A stretch of 61,615 bases of DNA from NCBI GenBank assembly GCA_005773095.1, contig SXHT01000107.1, positions 1 to 61,615 of the forward strand, given 5' to 3'. Shown here piece by piece: positions 1-9,774 of the stretch. The stretch is from Planctomycetaceae bacterium (GTDB taxonomy: Bacteria > Planctomycetota > Planctomycetia > Pirellulales > PALSA-1355). A program made the translations under genes and the position numbers. How positions within the stretch are numbered: position 1 is the stretch's first letter; each line of letters starts with the position of its first letter. The notes beneath the pieces are model-generated. The model saw nothing but the letters and a program-made list of their open reading frames with translations, was not told where the DNA came from and ran no database searches.

Positions 1-2
1 CC

Positions 3-158
3 GCGGGTTTCGCCACGCCGATTGGCTATCAGACGAATCTGATGGTCTACGGTCCGGGGGGCTACAAGTTCAGCGACTACCTGAAGATCGGCATTCCGCT
101 CGACATCCTGGTGGGGGTCATCACCGTGCTCTTGGCCCCATTTGTCTGGCCTTTCTAA
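3..158 (+). CDS. 3' end of an SLC13/DASS-type (ArsB/NhaD superfamily) anion permease; the 5' part lies outside the window
   Basis: Frame 3 is open from the window edge to TAA at 156-158. Translation [51 protein letters not shown] matches the conserved C-terminal TM segment of this permease family. Confidence 0.6.
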   Translation, partial: AGFATPIGYQTNLMVYGPGGYKFSDYLKIGIPLDILVGVITVLLAPFVWPF

Positions 159-206
159 CTGTCGTGGAAGTCAGTTGCGAGCGCCGTCTTGCTCAACAGG
201 AATCAT

Positions 207-593
207 TCACGGAACTTGTACTGATGCTTGTCCGCCGAGTCCAAATCTCCTGATGCGATGCCTTCCCGGCTCAACGACTACAAATGCATCTTGCAAATCC
301 TGCTCATTGTATAATGTCAAGACTCTTTCAAGTTCGGCGTGCACGGTGTTCAAGGTCGATGGCAGGATGCGGAGATAAACCACTCCCGGACCGTCGCCAC
401 GCACAAACACAAGACTACCGAAATCCCGATCTCGAGTCACGAAGATACGAGCCTGCTCGTGAGCGACTCGTAGCAATTCGGCGTCCTCGGCCCTCGAAAG
501 ACCAACTCCTGCTGCCGTAACGACCTCATATCCCAGAGCCCTCAAGAAGACCACCGTGCCGGCGTAGACGTCCTGATCGGTAAGAAATTTCAT
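207..593 (-). CDS. DUF5615 family PIN-like putative toxin
   Basis: Internal ATG at 593 gives MKFLTDQDVYAGTVVFLRALGYEVVTAAG...FVTRDRDFG, typical of DUF5615. Its start overlaps the upstream DUF433 gene by ATGA (590-593). Confidence 0.7.
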   Translation of the reverse strand: MKFLTDQDVYAGTVVFLRALGYEVVTAAGVGLSRAEDAELLRVAHEQARIFVTRDRDFGSLVFVRGDGPGVVYLRILPSTLNTVHAELERVLTLYNEQDLQDAFVVVEPGRHRIRRFGLGGQASVQVP

Positions 594-820
594 CCCGTTG
601 TCGCGACGTGAATGTCTTCTACGGTAACCACGTCGATGGCATACTGAACGCACGCCCGAATATCGTCGGGCTCAAGTTCCGGAAAGTAGTCTCGGATGAT
701 GTCCGAAAAGGCAAGCCCTTCCCGGACCAGTTCCAAGACGCTCTGCACCGGGATTCGGGTCCCGGCGACACAGGGTTTCCCGAGATGAATCGTTGGATTG
801 ACGGCGATTCGTTCGTTCAT
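590..820 (-). CDS. DUF433 domain putative antitoxin
   Basis: 76 aa, NPTIHLGKPCVAGTRIPVQSVLELVREGLAFSDIIRDYFPELEPDDIRACVQYA. A GGAGG-type RBS precedes the ATG at 820. The 4-nt overlap with the DUF5615 gene fits a type II TA layout. Confidence 0.8.
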   Translation of the reverse strand: MNERIAVNPTIHLGKPCVAGTRIPVQSVLELVREGLAFSDIIRDYFPELEPDDIRACVQYAIDVVTVEDIHVATTG

Positions 821-992
821 GATTCCTCCCTCTTACGAGCATAGCAGCAAGCAGCTTCCTCACGCAAGCCGGCACAAGATTCATCTTGAACCACGCCGGA
901 CCTCGCCGATAAACTAAACACCTGTTCACACACTTGGCTCAGACAATGGCATAAAGCGTGTGTCCGCGGCATTCACCAATGGAGGTGCCATC

Positions 993-3404
993 ATGGATGT
1001 GGCTGCTTTTCTCGATCGGGTCCGTCGGTTGCCATTTTATGCTGGTCAGCTTGAGCATGTTGAGACGCTGCCGGCTCGTCCGGGATCATTTGCCGAACCA
1101 GTGCAGCCGCTTCCGCGGGCACTTGCGGAAATGTTGACGGATCGCGGGATTGAGCATTTGTATACGCATCAGGTGGCGGCGATCGAGTACGCACGCGCCG
1201 GACAAGATTGGGTTGTGGTCTCGGGCACCGCAAGCGGCAAGACACTCTGCTACAACTTGCCGATTTTGGAGACGGTGCTCGCGGACCTAGAGGCCCAAGC
1301 GCTCTATCTGTTTCCGACCAAAGCGCTGGCACAGGACCAGATGAAGGGCTTGCTCGAATTGACCGGGAATTCCGAGTTGGCCGCGATTCGCTGCGGCGTG
1401 TACGACGGCGACACGCCCACGGCACAGCGGCGGCGGATTAAGGCGGAAGCCAATCTGGTGCTCTCGAATCCCGACATGCTGCATGCGTCGATCTTACCGT
1501 ATCATCCCAAATGGGCGCGGTTCTTTAGCAGCCTGCGTTACATCGTGATCGACGAAGTGCATTCGTACCGCGGCATGTTGGGCGCCCATGTGGCGTGCGT
1601 GCTGCGGCGGCTGTTGAGGGTCTGCGAGCACTACGGATCGCGGCCGGTGTTTCTGACCGCCAGCGCCACGATCGCCAATCCCGGCGAATTCGTCAGCCGG
1701 CTGATCGGCCGTGATGTGGCGGTCATCAATTCCGACGGTGCTCCGCGCGGCGCCAAGTACTTCGCCCTCTGGAACCCCCAGCCGCAGGGTAGCCCTTCGG
1801 GAAAGATAGACTCGCTCAGTCGCCGCAGCGCCACCGATGACGCCGTGGATTTGATGATCGAGGCGATCCTGGACGACGCGCAAGCGCTGACCTTCACGCG
1901 TACCCGGCAAGCAACGGAACTCGTGCATCGGTACGTGCGAGAAGCCCTGGAAGAACGCCACTCGCCGCTGGCGAAGAAAGTACGGGCCTATCGCGGCGGC
2001 TACCTGCCGAACGAGCGCCGCGCGATCGAGCAGCAGCTTTTTTCCGGCAAGCTGCGCGGCGTGGCCGCCACCAACGCGCTCGAGTTGGGCATCGACATCG
2101 GCTCCCTCGACGTGACGCTCCTGGCCGGATATCCGGGCACGATTGCCAGTACGTGGCAGCAAGCAGGCCGCAGCGGTCGGCGTCATGACGAGAGCCTGGC
2201 CGTTCTGCTCGCCGGCAATGATCCGGTCGATCAATACTTGATGCGACACCCAAAATATTTTTTCGAACAGTCGCCCGAACATGCCGTCGTCGATCCCGAG
2301 AATCCCTACGTGTTGGCCAATCATTTGAAGGCCGCCGCGTTCGAGCTGCCGCTCAACGCAGCGGACGCCGAGCGATTCGGTCCGCTTGCGCAGCCGCTGG
2401 CCGACGCTCTGTGCGGAACCGGCGAGCTCAGCGAAGTCGGTGGCCGCTATTACTTTGTCGGGGTGAGCAATCCCTCGGCACGCATCAGCCTGCGGCACAT
2501 GAGCGACAATACCTTTAGCATCGTGCTGAGGGAGAAGGGCGCGGAGAACGAGGTAATCGCGAATGTCGATTCGATCAGCGCGCCCGAGCTTGTCTATCCA
2601 GAGGCCGTCTATCTGCACAATGGCGAGTCGTACTTTGTGCGCGAGCTGGATTTGCAGGGCAAGGTGGCCTATGTCGAGCGGCATGAGATGGACTATTACA
2701 CGCAGGCCGTGCTCGAAAGCCAGGTGACGATCCAAGGCGAGCGAAAGATGAGTCAGGCGCTTGGGCAAGTGCTGCTGGCTTACGGCGATGTGGATGTCAC
2801 CTGGCAGACCGTCGCCTTCAAGAAGATCAAATTTAACACTCGCGAGAACATCGGGCAGGGGCCGGTCGATATTCCAGCGCAAACACTCAGCACAACCGCC
2901 GTCTGGCTTGCACCGGATGACTCGGTGCGTGCCGCGATGAAGTCCGCCGGCTACCGCGCCAGCGAGGGCCTGGTGGGGTTGCGAAACCTGGCTGTGGTTG
3001 CCTTGCCGATGGTGGCAATGTGCGACAGTCGCGACCTTGGCGGCGTGGTCGACAGCAAGAACCTCGGTCGCTCGGCGATGATTCTATATGACCGCTATCC
3101 GGGCGGATTGGGCTACGCTGAAAAAGGCTTGCATCAAATGGCATCCGTACTGGCCATTTGCCACGAGATGGCTCGTGAGTGCGGCTGCGAAGGCGGCTGC
3201 CCAAGCTGCGTCGGTCTGCCCAATTTGCGTCCGGCAATTCACAGCGACCCGGATTTGACCCGCGGCTATCCGATGCCTAATAAGGCGGCGACAGTGCGGT
3301 TGCTGGAATTGCTGCAAGATAATCCGGATGGGTCGGCGAAGGGCGCCGCCGGGGAATCAAGGAACCTGGCCGTTGCGCCAGGCTGTGTGGGAGTTCTCAA
3401 TTGA
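993..3404 (+). CDS. DEAD/DEAH-box helicase with C-terminal DUF1998 zinc-Cys domain (MrfA/YprA-like)
   Basis: Walker A GTASGKT, DEVH box, helicase C motifs (QQAGRSGRR) and a C-terminal CGCEGGCPSC cluster. ATG at 993 has GGAGG 7 nt upstream. The ORF track's GTG at 960 is an alternative start. Confidence 0.9.
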   Translation: MDVAAFLDRVRRLPFYAGQLEHVETLPARPGSFAEPVQPLPRALAEMLTDRGIEHLYTHQVAAIEYARAGQDWVVVSGTASGKTLCYNLPILETVLADLEAQALYLFPTKALAQDQMKGLLELTGNSELAAIRCGVYDGDTPTAQRRRIKAEANLVLSNPDMLHASILPYHPKWARFFSSLRYIVIDEVHSYRGMLGAHVACVLRRLLRVCEHYGSRPVFLTASATIANPGEFVSRLIGRDVAVINSDGAPRGAKYFALWNPQPQGSPSGKIDSLSRRSATDDAVDLMIEAILDDAQALTFTRTRQATELVHRYVREALEERHSPLAKKVRAYRGGYLPNERRAIEQQLFSGKLRGVAATNALELGIDIGSLDVTLLAGYPGTIASTWQQAGRSGRRHDESLAVLLAGNDPVDQYLMRHPKYFFEQSPEHAVVDPENPYVLANHLKAAAFELPLNAADAERFGPLAQPLADALCGTGELSEVGGRYYFVGVSNPSARISLRHMSDNTFSIVLREKGAENEVIANVDSISAPELVYPEAVYLHNGESYFVRELDLQGKVAYVERHEMDYYTQAVLESQVTIQGERKMSQALGQVLLAYGDVDVTWQTVAFKKIKFNTRENIGQGPVDIPAQTLSTTAVWLAPDDSVRAAMKSAGYRASEGLVGLRNLAVVALPMVAMCDSRDLGGVVDSKNLGRSAMILYDRYPGGLGYAEKGLHQMASVLAICHEMARECGCEGGCPSCVGLPNLRPAIHSDPDLTRGYPMPNKAATVRLLELLQDNPDGSAKGAAGESRNLAVAPGCVGVLN

Positions 3405-3510
3405 CGCCAGCAGCGCAAGACCTTATAAATGAGCGACTTGAGTGCGGCTCGATGGGTCGTCGGCCGCGCTGCAACTCCCCGCAATCGATTCGCAAGATAG
3501 GGGACCATTC

Positions 3511-4017
3511 ATGAGCATTGGCGAGGGATCGGGGGAAGGCTCAGGCCTTGGCTTTGCCACGATGCGTGGGCGGAATTATCCGTCGATTCGCCAATTCACC
3601 GTCTTTCTGGAAAACCGCGTCGGGCAGCTCTTGGAAGTCATCCGCCGGTTCGAAGGCAGTAAAGTTCGCATCGTCGCCGTTTCGATTCACGATAGTTCTG
3701 AGTGCGCCTTCGTGCGATTTTTACTCAGTCACCCCGAGCAAGGCCGCGAAATTCTGGAGCGCGCTGGCCTGGCGCTGATCGAGACCGATCTCCTGGGCGT
3801 CGAGTTGCCCAAAGGATCGCAGCCGCTGCTGCAGGTCTGCACGGCGCTCTTACAGGCCGAAGTGAACATTGTGCAGGCTTACCCATTGCTGGTTCGCCCG
3901 CATGGCCGACCAGCGGTTGCCCTGATGGTCGACAATCTCGACCTGGCGATGGACACGCTCAACGACCAGGGCTTCTCGATGATCACCGAGGGTGACTTGC
4001 AGGCGGATGAGGAGTGA
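3511..4017 (+). CDS. tandem ACT-domain (amino-acid-binding regulatory) protein
   Basis: Two ACT-like beta-alpha-beta-beta-alpha-beta units (QFTVFLENRVGQLLEVIRRF... and LLQVCTALLQAEVNIVQAY...). ATG at 3511 is preferred over GTG at 3442. Confidence 0.65.
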   Translation: MSIGEGSGEGSGLGFATMRGRNYPSIRQFTVFLENRVGQLLEVIRRFEGSKVRIVAVSIHDSSECAFVRFLLSHPEQGREILERAGLALIETDLLGVELPKGSQPLLQVCTALLQAEVNIVQAYPLLVRPHGRPAVALMVDNLDLAMDTLNDQGFSMITEGDLQADEE

Positions 4018-4153
4018 AGTCCGTTTCAGAAAACCGGCTCGTGCGCAAACACGGCCAACTCGACGCCCATCCCATTGATAAGGTGGTCGCGGCGTTGGGG
4101 CCGTGCGCGGAAGCAACCTGCGCAGACGGAACCGTCTGGCGGAAAAGCCTGAT

Positions 4154-5323
4154 CTAGACTTTCGTCCAGCCCTTTTGCGGCTTGCCAAAAATCGTTGGCT
4201 TCGTGCTGCCCTGGATCTTCGCGATCGCTTGTTCGGCGGCACTAACGCCGGCTGCGTCAGGATGCACTTCCAACGCCACTGCGAATTTACGCGTTTCGCC
4301 CGGCTCAAGCTTGATCACGCGGCCCTGTTCCGCTTCGAACGAGCGCGGGTTGGGAAAGTTCGTCCCCGGCTCGAGGCCCGTTACGTAACCATCATTTGCC
4401 GCCATCGTGTCTTTCCACAAGGTGAAGCAGGGAAGCTGCTTGACGGGAAACTTCAGCGACACGCCTTGCATCGAGTGAGCATTCTTGAGCAACACCTGCG
4501 TGTTGCCTTCGGCGTCGGCGAGCAGATCGAAGAAGTAGACTTGCTCCGCATAGCCACGCTGCTCCGCTGGGTAGCTGTCCCACGTGGAAGCGTTCTCGAC
4601 CGCGCGGGCATCGCGCGGCACCATTGTTTTCACGGGGATAACGACTCGGGCGCCGGAATCGAGAATCGGCTGGCTGAAGTTAATGTGATAGAGCAGTTGC
4701 AGTTCGCCGGTGTCTCCGCCCAGATTCGTGACTTCGTCGTAAATCCGAAAGCCCTTTTCGCCGACTTTGGTTTTGATCGTCGATTTAAGCCGCAGTTTGT
4801 TGAAATGAAAGCGAAGTTCGTCGACGATGCCCGTCAGGCTGATCTCGCCCGAGTCGCCGTCGATCGTCACTTCCACGAAATGCGCCGGCTTGTTGGCGAT
4901 CTTGCCGTGAAGCGCGTAAGCCAGTCGGCCGGTCTGGGGGTCGAAATCAGGCGCGCCGTTGCTCACGAGTCCGCAGCGGACGAGCAATTCGTCGAAGCCG
5001 TCCAGCCAGCCCAAGCCGCTGGGTTCGCAAATCGCAACGAACTGCGGATGCACGGGCCCCCGCACGGGCGATTTCCAACCGACTTCCAATTCGCCCAGCC
5101 AGCCTTTCCAAATGCCCATGCCGCGCGTCGGCAAGGCGACGAATCGAAACGCGCCGTTGTCCACTTCGATCAGATCGACGCCTTCGCGGATGCCGCCGCG
5201 CAACGTTGTCTTGCGAACCGAGTAGCCTGCGGCCTTGCCACCGACCTCGGCCGGGCCCGCCTGCCAGGCCGACTCGTAAAGATTGCGTTCGGCGTCGACA
5301 AGTGTAAACGATTTGACTGCCAT
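4154..5323 (-). CDS. aldose 1-epimerase-like protein (DUF4432 family)
   Basis: 389 aa with a GGGGAGG RBS. Sequence pattern (LHGKIANKPA..., LLYHINF..., TGLEPGTNFPN) is typical of DUF4432 mutarotase-like proteins. Confidence 0.75.
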   Translation of the reverse strand: MAVKSFTLVDAERNLYESAWQAGPAEVGGKAAGYSVRKTTLRGGIREGVDLIEVDNGAFRFVALPTRGMGIWKGWLGELEVGWKSPVRGPVHPQFVAICEPSGLGWLDGFDELLVRCGLVSNGAPDFDPQTGRLAYALHGKIANKPAHFVEVTIDGDSGEISLTGIVDELRFHFNKLRLKSTIKTKVGEKGFRIYDEVTNLGGDTGELQLLYHINFSQPILDSGARVVIPVKTMVPRDARAVENASTWDSYPAEQRGYAEQVYFFDLLADAEGNTQVLLKNAHSMQGVSLKFPVKQLPCFTLWKDTMAANDGYVTGLEPGTNFPNPRSFEAEQGRVIKLEPGETRKFAVALEVHPDAAGVSAAEQAIAKIQGSTKPTIFGKPQKGWTKV

Positions 5324-5380
5324 GGCAGACCTCCCCTAAACAGGATACGGTGCAAGGTGTTCCATGGGACGTATCTTAGC

Positions 5381-6730
5381 CTATTCGAACGGATTGTCTT
5401 CCCCGTCGGCGGGTGCGTCCTCCGCCGGGGCACCGTCGGCGCCAGGTTTCCCGGCATTTTCACCCCCCGCGTCGAAGGGATTCTCGTCCGCCGGGGCGGC
5501 TGCTTCTTCCGGAAGGTCGGCGTTCTCCGCGGCCGGTGCTTCGCCTTCCTCGGGCGCGGGCCTCGTCCGCTTCGTCTTGAGCTTTGGCTTCACCTTCAGC
5601 GGCGGGGGCGTATAGACCACGGGCTGCGTCAATGCCGTCTCGTGCAAACACTGGATCATACCGCGGTCGGTGGTCAATAAAATGCGGTCCGTTTGCACGT
5701 TGCGAAGTCTCTGCCTGACGCCGGGGATGAGCATGGAATCGAGCCGAGCGCCCGTCTTGCCGTCGAGAATCAAGAGCCGGTTGAGCCGATCGCTGGCGTA
5801 CACTCGGGTCGGGCTGGCGGCGATGAATTGCCTGCAGCCAGGCGAGTACCACTCATGCTCCCCCGTTTCACTGTTCAGGCAAAACATGCCCCCCTTGTCC
5901 ACGCAGACGTAGACCTTTCCGCCGACCGCACTCGGCGAATCGAAGATGGGCTCGGCGGTGGAATATTTCCAGTGGATGCGCCCGGTTTCTTCGTGAACGG
6001 CATACACGTAGCCATCCAGAGATACACCGTACAAAAACGGCGTCCAGTAACCGGGACGGGATTCGATCTTATCGTGCGTGTCCAAGCGAAAGTTGACTTT
6101 CAGGCGGCTGGGTTCCGCCAGATTCATGAGGTACAAATAACCCTGCTCCGTCGTCCAAGCCAGCGATTCGGCGGTAACAACCGGCGGCACCAGAATTCTC
6201 CCGAAGGACTTGTAGAAAAAAGGAATCACCGAGCGATTGGATAGTTCATGCCCGAAGATGGTGCCATTGACCATCGGAACAAAAACGTGCGTCCGAGTGA
6301 CAGCCGGACCAGCGCCTGGAACGCTGGAAAGCTGCTTATTCCAGGCTTCGCGCCCGGTTTTGCGGTCGATCAAATACACGGTTGACCCGTTGATCGTGGC
6401 GACATAATCAGCGCTGGCCGCTGGGGTCATGCAAGGATATCGCTCGTTGCCGACCCTGACGCTCCACAGTGTATGACCGGTTTCGGCATGGATCGCCTGT
6501 AACCGAGCGCGGTTAGTTTGAACGAACAGCGTGCCGCTATCGAGCGTTGCGTCGACCACCTCGCCCGTCGCGCGATCAAGATCGGCCTGGACGTACCAGG
6601 CCCGAGTCAGGCCGTGCCGTTCGGCCTCCTGCTGAGACACAATGCCCCCGATTACTTGCGCGCGTGAATCGCGGTGCGCGCCTGCGATTGCCGTCAGCAA
6701 CAGAATCGAGCATGCGATGGGCTTTCTCAT
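5381..6730 (-). CDS. secreted PQQ-like (BamB-type) beta-propeller repeat protein with acidic/Pro-rich C-terminal tail
   Basis: Signal peptide MRKPIACSILLLTAIAGA. Repeated G..LW / G...W propeller blades. The last ~80 aa are low-complexity P/E/A/D. Confidence 0.8.
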   Translation of the reverse strand: MRKPIACSILLLTAIAGAHRDSRAQVIGGIVSQQEAERHGLTRAWYVQADLDRATGEVVDATLDSGTLFVQTNRARLQAIHAETGHTLWSVRVGNERYPCMTPAASADYVATINGSTVYLIDRKTGREAWNKQLSSVPGAGPAVTRTHVFVPMVNGTIFGHELSNRSVIPFFYKSFGRILVPPVVTAESLAWTTEQGYLYLMNLAEPSRLKVNFRLDTHDKIESRPGYWTPFLYGVSLDGYVYAVHEETGRIHWKYSTAEPIFDSPSAVGGKVYVCVDKGGMFCLNSETGEHEWYSPGCRQFIAASPTRVYASDRLNRLLILDGKTGARLDSMLIPGVRQRLRNVQTDRILLTTDRGMIQCLHETALTQPVVYTPPPLKVKPKLKTKRTRPAPEEGEAPAAENADLPEEAAAPADENPFDAGGENAGKPGADGAPAEDAPADGEDNPFE

Positions 6731-6880
6731 AGATCAACTTCTGCAAAGGATGGAACGCAATCCCAGCCGGCGGTGAACTACCGCCAGGCAAACCCCGATC
6801 TTTATGATAATTGCCGCTGGACGCGAAAGAAACTGTCCCAATCGATCGAACCGCTGGCGGCGAGTTCTGGGTCGTGAAGC

Positions 6881-8551
6881 TTACTTCTTCTCTGCGTTCT
6901 CGTTGGCATCTGGCTGCCGGGCGGGTTCTGGCAACTCTTCTGGCTCGGGATCCTCGGAGGCGGTTTCGTCCTTGAGTTGTTCTCGCCAGGGTTTTTTCGC
7001 CTCGTAGCTGGCCAACTCCTTCTGCAATTGCTCGCCGATGCCCTGGTTGTCGTCGGTCTGCCCGGCCTGTTCGACCGCCTTTTTTGACCAGACCACGGCA
7101 TTCTCAAAATCGCCGGACTCCGCGTAACTGGCGGCCAGCGTGCTTAAGATGTGGGCCTGTTTGAATTCGGTCACGCGGCAGGCTTCTTTGGCGAGCTCAA
7201 TTGCCCGCTTGCCGTCACGCAGCTTGTCGTCGGGCGCCGTTGATAAAAGCCAGGCCAGATTGTTGAGCACGCCGCTGTCTTTTTCATCGAGCTTGAGGGC
7301 CGATTCGTAATCGGAGATCGCTTCGGACAACTTGCCGATGGCCAGCCACGTGTCACCCCGATTACGCAGCGCCGGCCGATTCTCTGGATCTTTCTTGAGG
7401 ATCGAAGAGAATACATCGATTGCCTTCCGCGGCTGTTTGTCCATGCTGTAGAACAGCCCCAACTGCATCAGCAGATCAACGTCATTGGGCTCGGCCCGAC
7501 GAAGTTGTTGCAAGTCGTCAATCGCGTTGCTGATTTTTCCGCTGCCGGCAAGCAGCACCGCGCGAAGCTTCAGTGCCTGGGAGTTGTCGGGGGCCAGCCG
7601 CACGGCTTCACTCACATCTTCCAACGCCGCGTCATCGTCCCCCTTTTCACGATGGATGCTGGCACGCAGCACGTAGGCGGTCACTAATTTGGGATCGATC
7701 CTGAGCGCATCGCCTAACGCACCCATGGCCTTGTCGATCTCGCCTTTCACCGCAAAGACACGCGCCCGATGGGTGTACGCCATGGCGCTCTCGGGCTGCA
7801 GCTCGATCGTGCGATCGAAACTCTTCATGGCCTCGTCGTGCTTGCCCTGCATGAACAGAATCACGCCACGGGCTTCGTGCGAATCGGCATGTTCCGGTTC
7901 GAGTTCAATGGCCTTGTCGAAATCGGCCAGACCCTCGTCGAGTTTTTTTTCAGAGAGCAGGAACAATCCGCGAGTGCGGATGACTTCCGCGTCGTCTGGC
8001 GCCAGCTTGACCGCCTCGTTATAGTCCGCGATTCGAGCTTCGGCGTCGTCCGTAAAGCTTGCCCGCAAGACCAACGACTTGGCTTGATCGGCGGGAGACT
8101 CGGCGGAAAGCTTGATTGCGGCGTCGAGCGCCTGGACGGCGCGGTCGTGATTGCCGCCGGGCAGCGCATGCAAGCGGCCGATCATGTAATGCACGTTGAA
8201 CTGGCTTTCATCGAGCTTGGCCGCCTCCTCCAGATCAAGCAGGGCCTGTCGCCGCATCATCGGCCACTGGGGGATGGGCTCGGCATGGTCGAAGATCTGA
8301 CCGCACATGATCTCGGCCCGCTGCACGAGCGTGCCCGTGAGTATCTTCTGGGCGAAGTCCTGGTTGGCATCGTCGAGCCCGGCAGCTATTGCACTGCGGC
8401 ACAAGTTAATCACGTCGCCCAGATCTTTGATGGACTCGGCGGACAGTTTCAGCTCCATCGCCTGATCCAGGTCGTCCTGGCCCGCACCTTCGGCCAGAAG
8501 CGCGGCGGGAGCCAACAAACAGGCGAGAAATGCTAGCGTGTGGAGGTTCAT
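6881..8551 (-). CDS. secreted tetratricopeptide (TPR) repeat protein
   Basis: Signal peptide MNLHTLAFLACLLAPAALLA. More than 10 34-aa TPR-like repeats (A...Y..A..L.P......RG). Confidence 0.85.
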   Translation of the reverse strand: MNLHTLAFLACLLAPAALLAEGAGQDDLDQAMELKLSAESIKDLGDVINLCRSAIAAGLDDANQDFAQKILTGTLVQRAEIMCGQIFDHAEPIPQWPMMRRQALLDLEEAAKLDESQFNVHYMIGRLHALPGGNHDRAVQALDAAIKLSAESPADQAKSLVLRASFTDDAEARIADYNEAVKLAPDDAEVIRTRGLFLLSEKKLDEGLADFDKAIELEPEHADSHEARGVILFMQGKHDEAMKSFDRTIELQPESAMAYTHRARVFAVKGEIDKAMGALGDALRIDPKLVTAYVLRASIHREKGDDDAALEDVSEAVRLAPDNSQALKLRAVLLAGSGKISNAIDDLQQLRRAEPNDVDLLMQLGLFYSMDKQPRKAIDVFSSILKKDPENRPALRNRGDTWLAIGKLSEAISDYESALKLDEKDSGVLNNLAWLLSTAPDDKLRDGKRAIELAKEACRVTEFKQAHILSTLAASYAESGDFENAVVWSKKAVEQAGQTDDNQGIGEQLQKELASYEAKKPWREQLKDETASEDPEPEELPEPARQPDANENAEKK

Positions 8552-8687
8552 AGAACGGAGGAGTCAGGGGTCAGGGGTTGGCGTTACGCGGACGCAGGCA
8601 ACACCTGGCCGCGTTCGCTGGCGACGCGCTGGGCGTCAGCCGTACCATTATTATGCTGCCAGCGGACACGGAACGCCATCGGAGTTA

Positions 8688-8765
8688 CACACCAACCCGA
8701 GGCGTTAACGAGGGTCTTTCTGGCAAAAAAACAGGCCTGCCTCGCGGACGCGCGGGGTTGGCGTG
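8688..8765. repeat. REP-like imperfect palindromic element, copy A (arms CACCAACCCGAGGCG / CGCGCGGGGTTGGCGTG)
   Basis: Inverted arms are visible in the sequence and are related to the element at 10835-10907. The 11-mer GGGGTTGGCGT also occurs at 8574-8584. Confidence 0.45.
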
Positions 8766-8775
8766 CCATGCGATC

Positions 8776-9633
8776 CTAAAGCGGCGCCGGCAAATCGCGG
8801 CGGCAAAAGTGGGTTATTGCCAGCGCGTAGCCCAGCGCGCCAAGTCCGATCAATATGCCGTGATAGCAAAGGCCGCCCCAGACCCAGGGATCGCCGTGGA
8901 GCGGCATGCCAAAAACCCAAGCTAATCGCGGCTCGGCAACCAGCTGTTGCGGTTCGTACGCGGTGAGGAAGGAGCACCAAAGCAGCCATCTCAGCCCCGG
9001 GCCGACCAGGCCGACGATCTTGATCAGCAATTCGGCGGCGAAAAAGCTGGCCATGATGCCGATCGTCCGCGCCCGGAACCGATCGAAGGACGAGACCAGT
9101 GTCGTCAAACCCGCCAGGAAGCATGTCATCGCAAAGGCATTCACGGCCGCCGGAATAAAGACCCTCGAAGACACGCGTTCCTCCAGCGCGATGGTCTGTA
9201 TGCCCAAATACGTGCCGGACCAGCAGGCGCCAGCGATGCACGCCGCCCCCAACACGGTCATCGCCGCTTGAGTGCCGATCACGGAAATCCGCCGCACGGG
9301 TTGTGCCAACGTCATTTCCAGGGTGCCACGTCCCAGCTCGCCGCTAACGGCGTCCGATCCACGGCCAATGGCCCACGCCAACAGCACCATCACCGGCAAA
9401 GGATCGTCGTAGGCGATGGCAATCCGGCCGGCCACCGTGGCGATCTGCTCCTTGGGCACCGGCAAGAGCGGCATGAATGCGTCGGGAACGAGATTCAGCA
9501 ACCGCTGAAACTGCCGGATGGGAAACAGGCTGGTGATCCACACGCGAATCCAATGAAACGCGAACACGATCAGAATACTGCCGGCAAGCTGCCAGCGCAC
9601 ATCGCGAATCGCCTTGCACAAGAGAGCACACAT
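8776..9633 (-). CDS. ABC-2 type transporter permease
   Basis: 285 aa with about 6 hydrophobic segments, located directly downstream of an ABC ATPase gene. Confidence 0.7.
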   Translation of the reverse strand: MCALLCKAIRDVRWQLAGSILIVFAFHWIRVWITSLFPIRQFQRLLNLVPDAFMPLLPVPKEQIATVAGRIAIAYDDPLPVMVLLAWAIGRGSDAVSGELGRGTLEMTLAQPVRRISVIGTQAAMTVLGAACIAGACWSGTYLGIQTIALEERVSSRVFIPAAVNAFAMTCFLAGLTTLVSSFDRFRARTIGIMASFFAAELLIKIVGLVGPGLRWLLWCSFLTAYEPQQLVAEPRLAWVFGMPLHGDPWVWGGLCYHGILIGLGALGYALAITHFCRRDLPAPL

Positions 9634-9713
9634 AAATCGAAAATCCTAAATCCAAATCTCAAAATTCGATACACATCGAAAATCAGAAGGACCTCAACAA
9701 GGGGCTTCTTTTC

Positions 9714-9770
9714 TTCGAATTTCGTGCGATAGGTTTGTTTCGGTTTTCGAATTTCGTGCTTCGAATTTCC
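9714..9770. repeat. direct repeats TTCGAATTTCGTGC (x2, plus a partial third) inside an AT-rich 141-nt spacer between the ABC ATPase and permease genes
   Basis: Copies at 9714-9727 and 9746-9759, with a partial copy at 9760-9770. The spacer 9634-9774 is strikingly AT-rich for this genome. Confidence 0.6.
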
Positions 9771-9774
9771 GCCG

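Noticed and set aside
1494-2882. 462-aa minus-strand ORF inside the helicase gene
   Set aside because: It is antisense to a gene with canonical helicase motifs and has no motifs of its own.
993-3404. The DUF1998 helicase as part of a DISARM-like defence island
   Set aside because: No drmC/PLD gene, methyltransferase or other defence partner is adjacent, and the neighbours look like housekeeping genes.
4123-4138. Hairpin CAGACGG-aa-CCGTCTG between the convergent ACT and epimerase-like genes as a terminator
   Set aside because: The stem is only 7 bp and there is no T-run on either strand. This is too weak to call.
4103-5680. 525-aa plus-strand ORF spanning two minus-strand genes
   Set aside because: It is antisense to the DUF4432 and BamB-like genes, which have clear family patterns, RBSs and a signal peptide. 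Its composition is shadow-ORF-like.
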